A stretch of 64,000 nt of DNA from Octopus vulgaris (lineage: Eukaryota). Every line of letters begins with the position of its first letter. Within the stretch, counting starts at the first letter, position 1. The position numbers and the translations under genes are program-made. Below, piece by piece: positions 52,560 to 64,000 of the stretch. The notes beneath the pieces are model-generated. The model made no database searches, had not been told where the DNA came from, and saw only the letters and a list, made by a program, of their open reading frames with translations. The DNA lies in NCBI GenBank assembly GCA_951406725.2, contig OX597827.1, positions 37,200,001 through 37,264,000 of the forward strand. Reading direction: 5' to 3'.

Positions 52560-54738
52560 AACGATATAACATCCATTACACTTCTGTTTGAAAAATATAT
52601 TTATCCAACTAAGAAGCATTATCTGAAATCATTAATGCAAAAACCAAAAATTTCATAAAGAGATTTACATGGAAAATTTGCCAATATGAAAAAGACCAAC
52701 AGAATGAACAGTCCACCAATAACTATGGATTGAAGACAAATGCCCACAATCTAATCCTTTGAAGACAGTCTATTCACAATGATCAATGAAATTTAGTAAA
52801 CAAACTAATGAACTGTAAAAACAACTGATGCAGAAGAAAATATTGACTGCATAAATCAAGCACAAATGTGTTTGTAAAATCAGACAAAACAATGTCTATA
52901 AGATAAGTCGAAGTGCTTATAATCACTTTCTCTCTAAGACAATCTCCAACACATACAAAAAACGAAAATCAGCAAAACATGAAACTTTAAACAATATAAA
53001 CACCAGAGCCAAAAATATAGCCACTAACTTCAAAATGTAAATATAAACTACATGTGTGTCATACACATACATACATATCTATAGCCTTTGACAGGGACCC
53101 CCAATCCCTTATCTGAGGAAACTAGGGATAAACGAGTGATTAGTGTGAGCTGTACAAACCAGGGAGAGTGATGCAGTCAGTATGGTGAGGGCTGGCATCG
53201 AGTTTAGTGAAGAATTCTGGGTAGAAGTAGGGGTTCACCAAGGATCAGTCCTCAGCCCCCTCTTGTTCATCATAGTCCTCTAGACACAACCTGAGGAATT
53301 CAAGACAGGCTGGCCCTGGGAGCTCCTCTATGCTGATGACCTTGCTCTAATAGCTGACTCACTAACAGAACTAGAGAAGAAGTTTCAAATGTGGAAGCAA
53401 TGTCTAGAATCAAAGGGTCTTAGAGTTAACCTAGCAAAAACCAAAGTCGTAGTAACTAGGAAAGCAGACAAATCACAAACTCTGCTTGCAAAGACCTGTT
53501 GAGGCAAGTGAAATCGAAATTGAAATCGATGACAGCACCGCATGACTGGCATCTGTGCTAGTGGAGTGCTAAGAGCACCATCCAAGTGTGATCATTGCCA
53601 GAGCAGCTAACTGGCTTCCATGCCGGTGGTACATAAAAAGCACCATTCAAGTGTGATCATTACCAGCGTTGCCTTACTGGCATGTGAAAAAATATTTGAG
53701 CGAGGTTGTTGCCAGTGCCGCTGGACTGGCTCCTATGCAGGTGGCACGTAAAAAACACTGTTTGAGCGTGGCTGTTGCCAGCACCAACTGACTGGCCCTC
53801 GTGCCGGTGGCATGTAAAAGCACTCACTACACTCTTGGAGTGGTTAGCATTAGGAAGGGCATCTATCTGTAGAAACTCTGCCAGATCAGATTGGAGCCTG
53901 GTGCAGCCATCCAGTTCACCAGTCCTCAGTCAAATCGTCCAACCCATGCCAACTTGGAAAACGAACGTTAAACGATGATGATGATGATGATACACCCTGC
54001 ACACACACACATACCTATATATGTATCCATTATGATCATTATATGTTATAGTTATGTAATGGTCTTTTGGTGTTAACATATCTACTCTATCTCAAACTAT
54101 GAAAGACTATAAATCCAGTTTCAATAGAAACTCGTCACTCAGACTTATAAACCCTTCAAAAATGGACATTGACATGATTGGTAAAAGACAAATTCTCACC
54201 AAAAATAAAGCAAACTTGACATTACCTCACTGGAGTAATGCATACAACATAACAGATTGGTTTAAGAAGGTCCTAAACAAAAATAAATGGTATTTTTTCC
54301 AGTTTGACACCAAACCAATACTTATGGTTGCTTTGAACTTTGCAAAAGCAACAATCACAATAAGTGATACTGAAGCAAGGAAATCCCTTCTTTTCCAAAA
54401 CGATGCTTTCTGGATTTAGGAAAATACAAATGAACTATTTGATGTAAACATGGGATCAATGGACTGTGCAGAAGTAAGTGACATTATCAGCCTTTACATT
54501 TTAGCAAACTTGCACAACCAATTTCCTTTCATCTACTGAGATAATAATCTACCTCTCTTAAGAATCTACAACCCTTAAAAAATGACAAATTTAGGCAAAA
54601 AATACATCACTTCTTTAAAAACTGAAGCCTCACCATTACTATAAAAACACATCTAAAATCAGTCAACATTCTTGGTGTTACCATCGACTTAGAATACAAT
54701 ATTTATAAACCCTATAAGAAAGATAGCAAAAGATTCCA

Positions 54739-54785
<47 letters not shown>

Positions 54786-54900
54786 CAATTCAACCATCTC
54801 AAAAGTATAATTAAAAACCTAGTAAAGAACATCTTTATCTTCCAACAAAAAGAAATGAATGAAATAGCAACTCCATGTAATGAAGTTCTCAAGAACATAT
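52560..54900 (+). mobile_element. Decayed PLE ORF (N-terminus plus RT), interrupted at about 53035-54080
   Basis: HFCLKNI..KKHYLKSL..KTKNFIKRFTWK; RLINPSK..FFQFD..ARKSLLF..FDVNMGSMDCAEVSDIISLYIL. Confidence 0.78.
53083..53990 (+). mobile_element. Internally deleted RTE LINE: RT core joined to the 3' UTR
   Basis: VGVHQGSVLSPLLFIIV..WELLYADDL..GLRVNLAKTK, then about five tandem units and a (GAT)n tail. Confidence 0.9.
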
Positions 54901-55395
54901 TATATATTACACAATTATTGTCAACACTGCGTATTCCTGTGTATTTCTTGGTTCCAACATTCTTCTTTCAGCTGAATAAACTCATTAAAATTTCATGTAT
55001 CATACAGAGACTTTTCTTTTTCTTTCCTCCTTTCTGTTACATTCCTGCTGAAGACAGTTGACATGGGGCACTAGAGAATAACTGTTGTTTGAGATAGTCT
55101 TTAATAATTTCAACAGGGAATCTTGTCATCTTACCAATTCCTTTAAGCTGACAGTTAAAACCTCTAATGGCAGATGAAGGAATTATCCATGCATTTCCAT
55201 CCTTATACTCAATTATTGATAGGCCTTTCAAATTCATGGAATTTATCTTCCAATTTTCTTTTCTTTTCAGCTGTGCAAAACACTTGATCAATAAAATTTA
55301 TTATGTACAACACCATACATCACTAATTAATTCAGAGGTTGATTGATTCCATAAATTAGTGAATATCTATCTGTCTGTCTGTCTGTCTGTATTTG

Positions 55396-55438
<43 letters not shown>

Positions 55439-55480
55439 TCACACACACACATATAATGATCATAATGGATACATATATAG

Positions 55481-55531
<51 letters not shown>

Positions 55532-55555
55532 TAGATAGATAGATAGGTAGATAGG

Positions 55556-55601
<46 letters not shown>

Positions 55602-56092
55602 TGTATGACACACATGTAGTTTATATTTACATTTATAATAAGACTCTACAGGATAGCTGCTTTACTGATAAAATCTTTTACAATCCACCACCTTGCCTAT
55701 CATCTAGTCATAAGAAGAGGCCTTGGAAAGTATTATCATTCACATCCCACCTTTTCTCCCTTAATGTCAGGACAAGTGAACATATGTAGGTAGAATATTC
55801 TTGCACCTTCTTTTTGTCTTCTTACTTAAGATTTTATATATATATATATATATCAAGGGAAATAAGATGAAAACGACCCATCTCCAGCAGGCTTGAAGTG
55901 CCGATACCTTAAAAAAAACTAGCAAAAACTGGGTATAATTATATACATATGTACATTATTATTTATTTAATGTATTGATTGCCTTTAAATTTTTATAGTA
56001 TGCTGACTACTTGGTAAAAATCATTAACGTAATTTTTATCCTGATACTCTTTTATGAATTAATATATATATTAATATATGTATATATATAAA

Positions 56093-56662
56093 CACATATA
56101 AAATACAGTGTACATTTAAACACATAAGGAAATCCACTCGTGGAATTCAACATGCTAGAAAGAACAGCTAGGTTCTATAACCACAAAATTAGGGATAAAA
56201 TCCCAACAGGAATGAAATGAAAAAATAAAAACTTTTACCATCTAGTTTCCTGGACCAAATGGTTTCAGATTTTAGTTTAGCAAATAAATAATATTCACTA
56301 GGTGAAATCTTCGTCACCAGCTACACCTTAGATTAAATATATAAAACATGAGACAATCAACTATGTGCCTCTTGTTTATACATCCTAATTTTTTCAAGAG
56401 GCACATAGTTGATTGCCTCGTGTTTTATATATTTAATCTAAGGTGTACCTGTTGATGAAGATTTCACCTAGCGAATATTATTTGCTAAACTAAAATCAGA
56501 AACCAATTGTCCAGGAAACTAGATGGTAAAAGTTTTATCTTTTCATTTCATTCCTGTCGGGATTTTATTCCTAATTTTGTGGTTATAGAACGTAGCTGTT
56601 CTTTCTGTTGAATTCTACAAATGGATTCCTTGTGTGTTTAAATGTACACTGTATTTTATGTG
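56093..56662. mobile_element. Fold-back element with ~275-bp arms and a 20-nt loop
   Basis: 56093-56374 against 56395-56662; extra sequence runs to about 56750 before TA-rich repeats. Confidence 0.9.
56448..56515 (+). ncRNA. Hammerhead motif (mirror 56249-56321, minus)
   Basis: cctg-TTGATGA-AGATTT..AAATC-A-GAAACCAATTGTC-cagg; the mirror reads GTGACGA-AGATTT..AAATCT-GAAACCATTTGGTC-cagg. Confidence 0.72.
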
Positions 56663-56793
56663 TAATACATAGTCTTTGGACTAAATTTTTACACGCTAGG
56701 CCACTGGAACTGAAAATTTCTATTAATTTCCATTGCCCTTCGATATGATTATATACATACATATGTATATAATATATATATATGTATATATAA

Positions 56794-57892
56794 CACCTTT
56801 TATCAATTCAAAATGAACAATTAAATTACATATCTATAAAATTGCATATAATAGAAATATTAAAATTAAAATTACAATAAAATACCGATGATTAAATAAA
56901 TTGCAAAAAAAAAAATAATTAAAAACGTATATAATTGATAGAATAATGAGACGTGTTTCGTAGCTATATTTAAGAAATGATTATAGTAAAAAATTAACAG
57001 TAGTAGTAAAATCACTTCGATATAAATATAGCCACACATCAGGTTAAAAATAAACTAGAATAATAAAATAATTAATTAATAAATATACTTAAATGTTTCT
57101 TACTTTCCATTAGCAAATAATTCTCGCCATTATATCATTTTTATATATATTGATAGTTATAAGTTACGATAGAAAATAATTTTTATATCTATTTATTTAG
57201 ATTTTTTATATATATATATAAAGGGATCTAATGTATTACATTTAATTTGAGAATTAATTTTGTTAGACAATATATTATTTAATTATTAGGTGGTATATTT
57301 ATTAAGTAGTATTAAATTTAAGATAATTAGATATTATATTAATTGATATTTAGTCAACTATATTATAGAGTGATATATTAAATCTATAGATACTACACAT
57401 ATATATTAATTATATAGTTAGCTTATTTAATAAGTTTGTCTATATTTGAACCATTTCTTATTTTGATTACAATATTAATGACTTGTACTAGCATAGTGTA
57501 TATTAATTAATTTTAAAGTATTGAATAATTTAAGTATTGTTTTTAGTGTTCACTTAATGTATATTTAGTATCTTATATATATATATATATATATATCTTA
57601 AAGTAAATTAATTAATTAATTATTTTATTATTCTAGTTTATTTTTAACCTGATGAGTGGCTATATTTATATTGAAGTGATTTTACTACTACTATTAATTT
57701 TTTTACTATAATCAATTCTTAAATATAGCCATGAAACATGTGTCATTATTCTACCAATTATATACGTTTTTATTATTGTTTTTTGCAATTTACTTAATCT
57801 TCGGTATTTTATTGTTATTTTAATTTTAATATATTATATGTAATTTTCTAGATGGTGTAATTTAATTGTTCATTTTGAATTGATAAAAGGTA
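56794..57892. mobile_element. Very AT-rich fold-back element with ~295-bp arms
   Basis: 56794-57092 against 57597-57892; (TA)n flanks. Confidence 0.85.
57645..57748 (+). ncRNA. Hammerhead motif with long stem II (mirror about 56945-57046, minus)
   Basis: CTGATGA-GTGGCTATATTTA..TAAATATAGCCAT-GAAACATGTGTC; 13-bp stem II base; stem I imperfect. Confidence 0.7.
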
Positions 57893-58519
57893 GTTTTTTT
57901 TCTAATTTTTATATATATATATATATATATATTATATTGTGTGAAATTTGATTTAGTATTTCTAAATTGAATTTTTTCCCTGTAAGTTAGGATTAATATT
58001 CCCTCAAATAATTATATATATATATGTATATATTGGTATATTTCGGAATGGTCATTTTGCCAGTTTAGCCAATAAAAACACACGCACTATATATTTGGTG
58101 TTATTTTGCTTCAGTGTTATTTATTTTTTACATTAATCTTAATCGTATTTTGGCGAGAGTTCTTTTGTCACACTCCTGTGACCGCATCAGTGGTCCTTTG
58201 TTTTCTTCTTTCTTATTTGTGTCTCTCCTTACTAACCGTCAGCCATTTTGTATTTCTATTGTATGTCTTCATTTGCGCATGCTTATATCTCTATGTGCGT
58301 TTATGTTTATTTAGTGTGTGTATGTGGGGGATGCCTGTAATATTTGTATCTTCTGTTTATATATGTACATGTAATTTGTATTTTGTTTTTGTTGTTTTTG
58401 TTTATTCTTATTTTGTTCATGTGTTTACATTCACTTATTATTGTCATTACATATGCTTGTATGTATAACAACAATACTAGTAATAACAATAATAAATCGA
58501 ATCGAAAAAAAAAAAAATA

Positions 58520-60032
58520 ATGAATACTTAGATAAACATAATCTTAGTAGTTTCTGCCCCAGTAGATGTTTAAGAGGTAGACCGCCCACAATTACTTCTA
58601 TGGCTAGGAAGACACATATAGAAAGATGGCGCAGATGGACCAGAGCCATATGGAGCCCCGCAAATGTCCATCAGATAAAGAAAATGATCGCACGTGCACT
58701 AGGAGCTAGTATAAGAGTTACCCTAAAAGGCCACACATTTAAGTTTAATAATAAAATATATGCCCAGGACGAGGGGGCAGCCATCGGCGTTAGTATCGCT
58801 GGTGATGTGGCCAACCATTTCATGGTATGGTGGGACAGAAGGCTTAAAGAACACCTAACACAGAACTCCATACTCGTAAACATGTACTCTCGCTATGTTG
58901 ATGATATCAACATAGTGGTAAAGGTACCCCCACAAGAGAGTAATGTTGATATTATAATAGAAACTAATACTATGGAGAACATCCAGCAAATAGCTAACTC
59001 CATCCACCAGAGTATTAAGGTCACAATAGACTACCCCACTAAACACCCCAACCATAGACTACCAGTACTAGACACCGAACTCTGGCTAGAAATTGTGAAT
59101 AATAAAACCCAAATCCTTCATTCATACTATGCCAAACCTATGGCCTCAAAATACTTGATCCACCGGAACTCAGCCATTGCGGACAATGCCAAATTCAATA
59201 TTTTGATGGCAGACCTCGTCAGAATAATGAGAAATGTGTCACGCATGTGCGAGCCTACAGAGTTAAAGAGACACATACAATATTTCATTCACCGCATGCA
59301 GTTCTCAGGTTACAGCCATAAAGAAAGGATCAGAGTATACAAAGGAGCCATTAAGAAATTTAATAATATATTATGTAATGATAGGAATGGGATTTGCCCA
59401 CTCTATAGGAACAAGTCATGGAACACTATAGAAAGGACAAAAAAGAAAATAGGGAAGGCCAACTCTTGGTATGATAGCCATAAATACCAGAGTGTCATGT
59501 TCGTTGACACCACCCCTGGAGGTGAACTGGCGTACCACTTTAGAAGGACCCTAGACAAACTTAAGATAAGAATTAAGGTTGTAGAAAAGCCAGGCAACCC
59601 TATCAAATCTATAATTGGTAGAACCTATCCTTTTAGTAGAACCCTCTGTATGGATAAGTACTGTACTGTATGTAGATTTAGCCCACAAACAAACTGTAAA
59701 GCCAGAAATGTAGTCTATAGTATAAGATGTATAGAGGGACGATGCAGTAACAAGACAACGACATACGTAGGGGAAACGGCAAGAAGCATAGTAGAGCGGG
59801 TAAATGAGCATTGGAGACAACTCAAGGAAGGTAAAAGCTCATCGATTCTGTACCAACACGCCGAACAGGAACACGGGGGGGGTCAATCAATAACATAGAA
59901 ATTAAAATATTATCCACACATAGATCAGATGCAACAATTAGACAAATTACCGAAGCTACACACATAATAGAAAATAAACCTAGCCTGAATAGAAAACTAG
60001 AATGGAGCACTAACACACACCACAACATATGA
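58520..60032 (+). CDS. PLE reverse transcriptase plus GIY-YIG endonuclease (5'-truncated; one frameshift at the G8 run 59875-59882)
   Basis: FKFNNKIYAQDEGAAIG, RYVDDI, PVLD, YYAKPMAS, C..C..C..C, NVVYSIRC..YVGETARSIVERVNEH; the shifted frame continues RQITEATHI..LNRKLEW to TGA at 60030-32. Confidence 0.9.
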
Positions 60033-60116
60033 CGATAGAGGATCCTGAAAACATAATAAATACACAGATAAATAAACTAATAGAAATAAATAACTATATA
60101 TATATATATATATATA

Positions 60117-61118
60117 GTGCCACCGACACGGGGCCAGGCAGAGCTGGCAAACGGCCATGAGCGAATGGTGCTTTTACGTAACACCGGCACGGGTGCCAGA
60201 CGAGGCTGACAGCGGACACGAACAGATGGGTCACTTAACCCCTGCAATCATATATCAGAAAGCAGGGGTTAAGTGACCCATCTGTTCGTGTCCGCTGTCA
60301 GCCTCGTCTGGCACCCGTGCCGGTGTTACGTAAAAGCACCATTCGCTCATGGCCGTTTGCCAGCTCTGCCTGGCCCCGTGTCGGTGGCACGTAAAAGCAC
60401 CATCCGTTCGTGTTCGTTGCCAGCCTCGCCTGGCCCCGTGCCGGTGACACGTAAAAGCACCGTCCGTTCGTGGCTATTGGCCAGCTCTGTCTGGCCCCGT
60501 GTCGGTGGCACGTAAAAGCACCATCCGTTCGTGGCCATTTGCCAGCTCTGTCTGGCCCCGTGTCGGTGGCACGTAAAAGCACCATCCGTCTGTTGCCGTT
60601 GCCAGCCTCGGCTGGCCCCCGTGCCGGTGACACGTAAAAGCACCATCCGTTCGTGGCCGTTTGCCAGCTCTGTCTGGCCCCGTGTCGGTGGCACGTAAAA
60701 GCACCATCCGTCCGTGTCCGTTGCCAGCCCCGGCTGGCCCCCGTGCCGGTGACACGTAAAAGCACCGTCCGCTCGTGGCCGTTTGCCAGCTCTGTCTGGC
60801 AACCGTGTCGGTGGCACGTAAAAGCACCATCCGTTCGTGTCCGTTGCCAGCATCGCCTGGCCCCGTGCCGGTGACACGTAAAAGCACCATCCGTTCGTGG
60901 CCGTTCGCCAGCTCTGTCTGGCACCTGTGCAGGTGGCACGTAAAAACACCCACTACACTCGCGGAGTGGTTGGCGTTAGGAAGGGCATCCAGCCGTAGAA
61001 ACACTGCCAGATCTGACTGGGCCTGACGAAGCCTTCCAGCTTCACAGACCCCAGTTGACCCGTCCAACCCATGCTAGCATGGAAAACGGACGCTAAACGA
61101 TGATGATGATGATGATGA
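60117..61118 (+). mobile_element. RTE 3' UTR insertion with 5' fold-back, 11 tandem ~60-bp units and (GAT)n tail
   Basis: Perfect 129-bp arms at 60117-60245 and 60262-60390; GTAAAAGCACC every ~61 bp to 60950; tail as at 7940-8118. Confidence 0.9.
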
Positions 61119-61455
61119 TATATATTTTTTTATAAATTTTTTTTTTTGATTCGATTTATTATTGTTATTACTAGTATTGTTGTTATACATACAAGCATAT
61201 GTAATGATAATAATAAGTGGATGTAAACACATGAACAAAATAAGAATAAACAAAAACAACAAAAACAAAATACAAATTACATGTACATATATAAACAGAA
61301 GATACAAATATTACAGGCATCCCCCCACATACACACACTAAATAAACATAAACGCACATAGAGATATAAGCATGCGCAAATGAAGACATACAATAGAAAT
61401 ACAAAATGGCTGACGGTTAGTAAGGAGAGACACAAATAAGAAAGAAGAAAACAAA

Positions 61456-61500
61456 GGACCACTGATGCGGTCACAGGAGTGTAACGAAAGAACTCTCGCC
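61456..61500 (+). ncRNA. Degenerate hammerhead-like motif in the PLE arm (mirror 58153-58198, minus)
   Basis: Two-arm consensus CTGATGC-G-GTCACA(ggag)TGTGAC-GAAAGAACTC; A9 and stem I are non-canonical. Confidence 0.48.
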
Positions 61501-62443
61501 AAAATAAGATTAAGATTAATGTAAAAAATAAATAACACTGAAGCAAAATAACACCAAATATATAGTGCGTGTGTTTTTATTGGCTAAACTGGCAAAATGA
61601 CCATTCCGAAATATAACAATATCTGTTTCAACACACGACTTCACATAAAAAATCTTGCACAACAAATATTTAAACGTATATATATATATATATATACATG
61701 GAAAGAGAGAGATAGAAAGAAGTGATCGTGTATTCAAATGCTGATTTTTGTCCTATGAATGAGGAAAAGAAAACACAATACATATTGCAAGTATATCTAA
61801 GTTGTCAAATTATACATAAAAACTTTTAATGGCTTGTGCTGTGTATTGTTTTAATGGTTGTTTGGTTTTTAGTGGATAGTTTTATGGTAGAAATATATAC
61901 CTCACTATGTACATCTGGAATTTAAAAGAAAATAACTTAACACAAACAGAAAATGGGATGTAGAAGATGATACACCTCATAGGTAGATACCAACCTGACC
62001 TTAAAACATATTAATCAGTGAAGACATGAGCATTCCAATGCCATGACACTAACTGCATTAATATTAGCAAGATGCTAATTGAAACCAGACAAGCAAGAGT
62101 TTTATAAAAGTGAATATGATATGCATTTTCCATGAATGCAAATAAGCTTTAAACAGAAAAAAATAGAAGCATTCAATAAAAGGAGGAAAAACCTGAGCAT
62201 TCCCCTTACAAAATGATGTAAGAAATTATGAAAAACCAATCAGACATAGGACCATAATAAACAGCCAACCTAATCAAAGACAAAGAAAAGGATCAAGATC
62301 AGACTGTTGTATATCAAAGAACAGACATACCAGAATTAGGGCAATTCTAGCATGATAATGACATTGGCATGAAACTCACAAAAAAGGATTTTAGTTTAAA
62401 TATACCAAACATACATACATGCATACATATGTGTGTGTGAGTC

Positions 62444-62475
<32 letters not shown>

Positions 62476-63239
62476 CTGTTGTTCCGTTTCTAATGCAATA
62501 GAATGTATTTGCAAGTCACTGAGCAAATGGATGCATTTTTTTATACTACTCATGTAGTACTCATCAAAATATAGGTTTCGTTTCTGTCTCCCTAAATCTT
62601 AATCTTTCTATTTCAAATCTTGTTCCATTCTTTTATTTTGTTTTCTTTCAGTTGTTTTTATTATTCCTGCCTCAAGCCTTGTGTCTGTTTCTTCTCGTAT
62701 TTCTCCAGTCTTTTGTAGATCTCTGTATTTCCTCCTTCCACCTCTCTTACTCTTGTTGTCACTCATTCTGCTTTTCATTTCTCTTTCCTTTTATTATACT
62801 TTCTGTTCACCTGATTGTTTACCTCCCTTGTTGCTGACTACTATCTATTTATATCTCCCTCCCACTCTGTCAATTTGTCATCTATCCACATCTCTTTATA
62901 ATTTTCTCTTTTTCTCTCTCCCACCTCTCTCACAACAAACACTGATTTCTCTTTTCCACAAACATACATATCAGAAATAGGAAAATCAGAAACCCAAAAT
63001 GGGACATGTGACTTGGTATTATTTAAAAGTGATTAATAAAACAATCACAAGCATTCAAGAAACATTTATTTGAAGGAAAATAAAAAATATGTTTATCATT
63101 CTACTGTTTTTTATACTTGGCTTTTGTTTGTAGTTCTTATTTTACTGATGATATTTTCAGTTAAAGATATCAATTCTGTTTTGTATCATTGGTTGAAAAT
63201 CAGAACCTTATTTCTCTTTAAAATTACAAACAGTATTTC

Positions 63240-63720
63240 CAATTAGGATAATTCTAATGATTCTTCACATTGTAGGCCATCTTCAAGAATTTTGCAGTAA
63301 TCAGTGAATCTGATTCATCAACATTAGGTTCACTTTTGCTATTTTGAATTATGGTTATAATGTGAACTAAATCTTCTTTAATCAGCTCTTGTATTGCTAA
63401 CAATTCCTCATTTTATTTGATAAAACCATCTAATTCTTCACTCCCTTATGAACAAACTATTAATCATGTCTGAGTGTAGATTATTTCTTGTATCAGAATC
63501 ATTAGTAGTCAAAGTAAAATGGCATTTGTACATGCATTTAAGGTGGTTTTATGAATTCTATGAATCGCTATTGCAATTATTACCAATCAGTGCATTACAC
63601 TGAATTTGTTCTGTACTTTTGGAACATTAAGGTTTCTTCTTCCACAAGATCCAGCATCTTTTTTTTATATGAATGTTTAAATTTGTCTTAAAATTAAAAA
63701 TTATACCTTGATCTCGTGTT
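63240..63720 (-). mobile_element. Possible pogo/Tigger transposase C-terminal relic
   Basis: IHKTTLNAC..NEELLAIQELIKEDLV resembles Tigger C-termini; many stops. Confidence 0.35.
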
Positions 63721-64000
63721 TCAGTTAGTGGTATCAAAATAGATGCTAAAAGAAGAACATTAATGTTAGAGTATGCTAACTAACTGAGATGTGACAGAGC
63801 ATTATCAATTAGTAATAAAATTTTGAAGTTAAAATTTTCTATACATTTCAGCTTCAGAAGCAAAATTTTGATCAAAATAGTTTTTTAATGCTACAACTAT
63901 ACCAATAAACTGTTTTGATTTTTATATTGCATCTCCTATTTGCAGAGTCCTGATAATTAATTAAAGAGTTAGCATAACTCATAATAATAATGTTATTCAA

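Larger units (their letters stand above)
58037..61680 (+). mobile_element. 5'-truncated Neptune-like PLE with inverted pseudo-LTRs and a nested RTE insertion
   Basis: ~480-bp inverted arms at 58037-58516 and 61138-61616 flank an RT plus GIY-YIG ORF; (TA)n flanks. Confidence 0.92.

Noticed and set aside
55037-55291. 84-aa ORF faintly like an L2/CR1-group LINE C-terminus
   Set aside because: Too degenerate to call without a profile search.
58441-58520. Annotated start of the 485-aa ORF
   Set aside because: It lies in the inverted arm, so it is a chance in-frame extension of a truncated RT.
60279-60950. CRISPR-like periodicity; resemblance to pistol or HDV ribozymes
   Set aside because: Inter-repeat segments are homologous rather than unique spacers, there are no cas genes and the context is a eukaryotic LINE. 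The pistol P2/P3 and HDV nested pseudoknot could not be built.

Overview
AT-rich, microsatellite-dense eukaryotic DNA made almost entirely of repeats. The SINE, RTE and Penelope repertoire looks like an octopus (coleoid cephalopod) genome; this is an inference. I found no convincing host-gene exon, and nearly all ORFs in the track are microsatellite translations or transposon relics. Recognisable elements: a complete but broken Tc1 (2091-3355), other Tc1/mariner, hAT and pogo relics, two intact non-autonomous Helitrons, a Helentron-like element, RTE and R4/Dong LINE fragments, several tRNA-derived SINE families and many Penelope-like elements (PLEs). The main signal is seven apparently unrelated fold-back (inverted-repeat) elements, mostly at (TA)n tracts. 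Their arms carry type I hammerhead-ribozyme-like motifs pointing outward, often with a long stem II. Two enclose PLE coding sequence and five are non-coding. They stack into multi-kb (TA)n-separated arrays, one inside a split SINE. All alignments and folds were done by eye, so boundaries are approximate.
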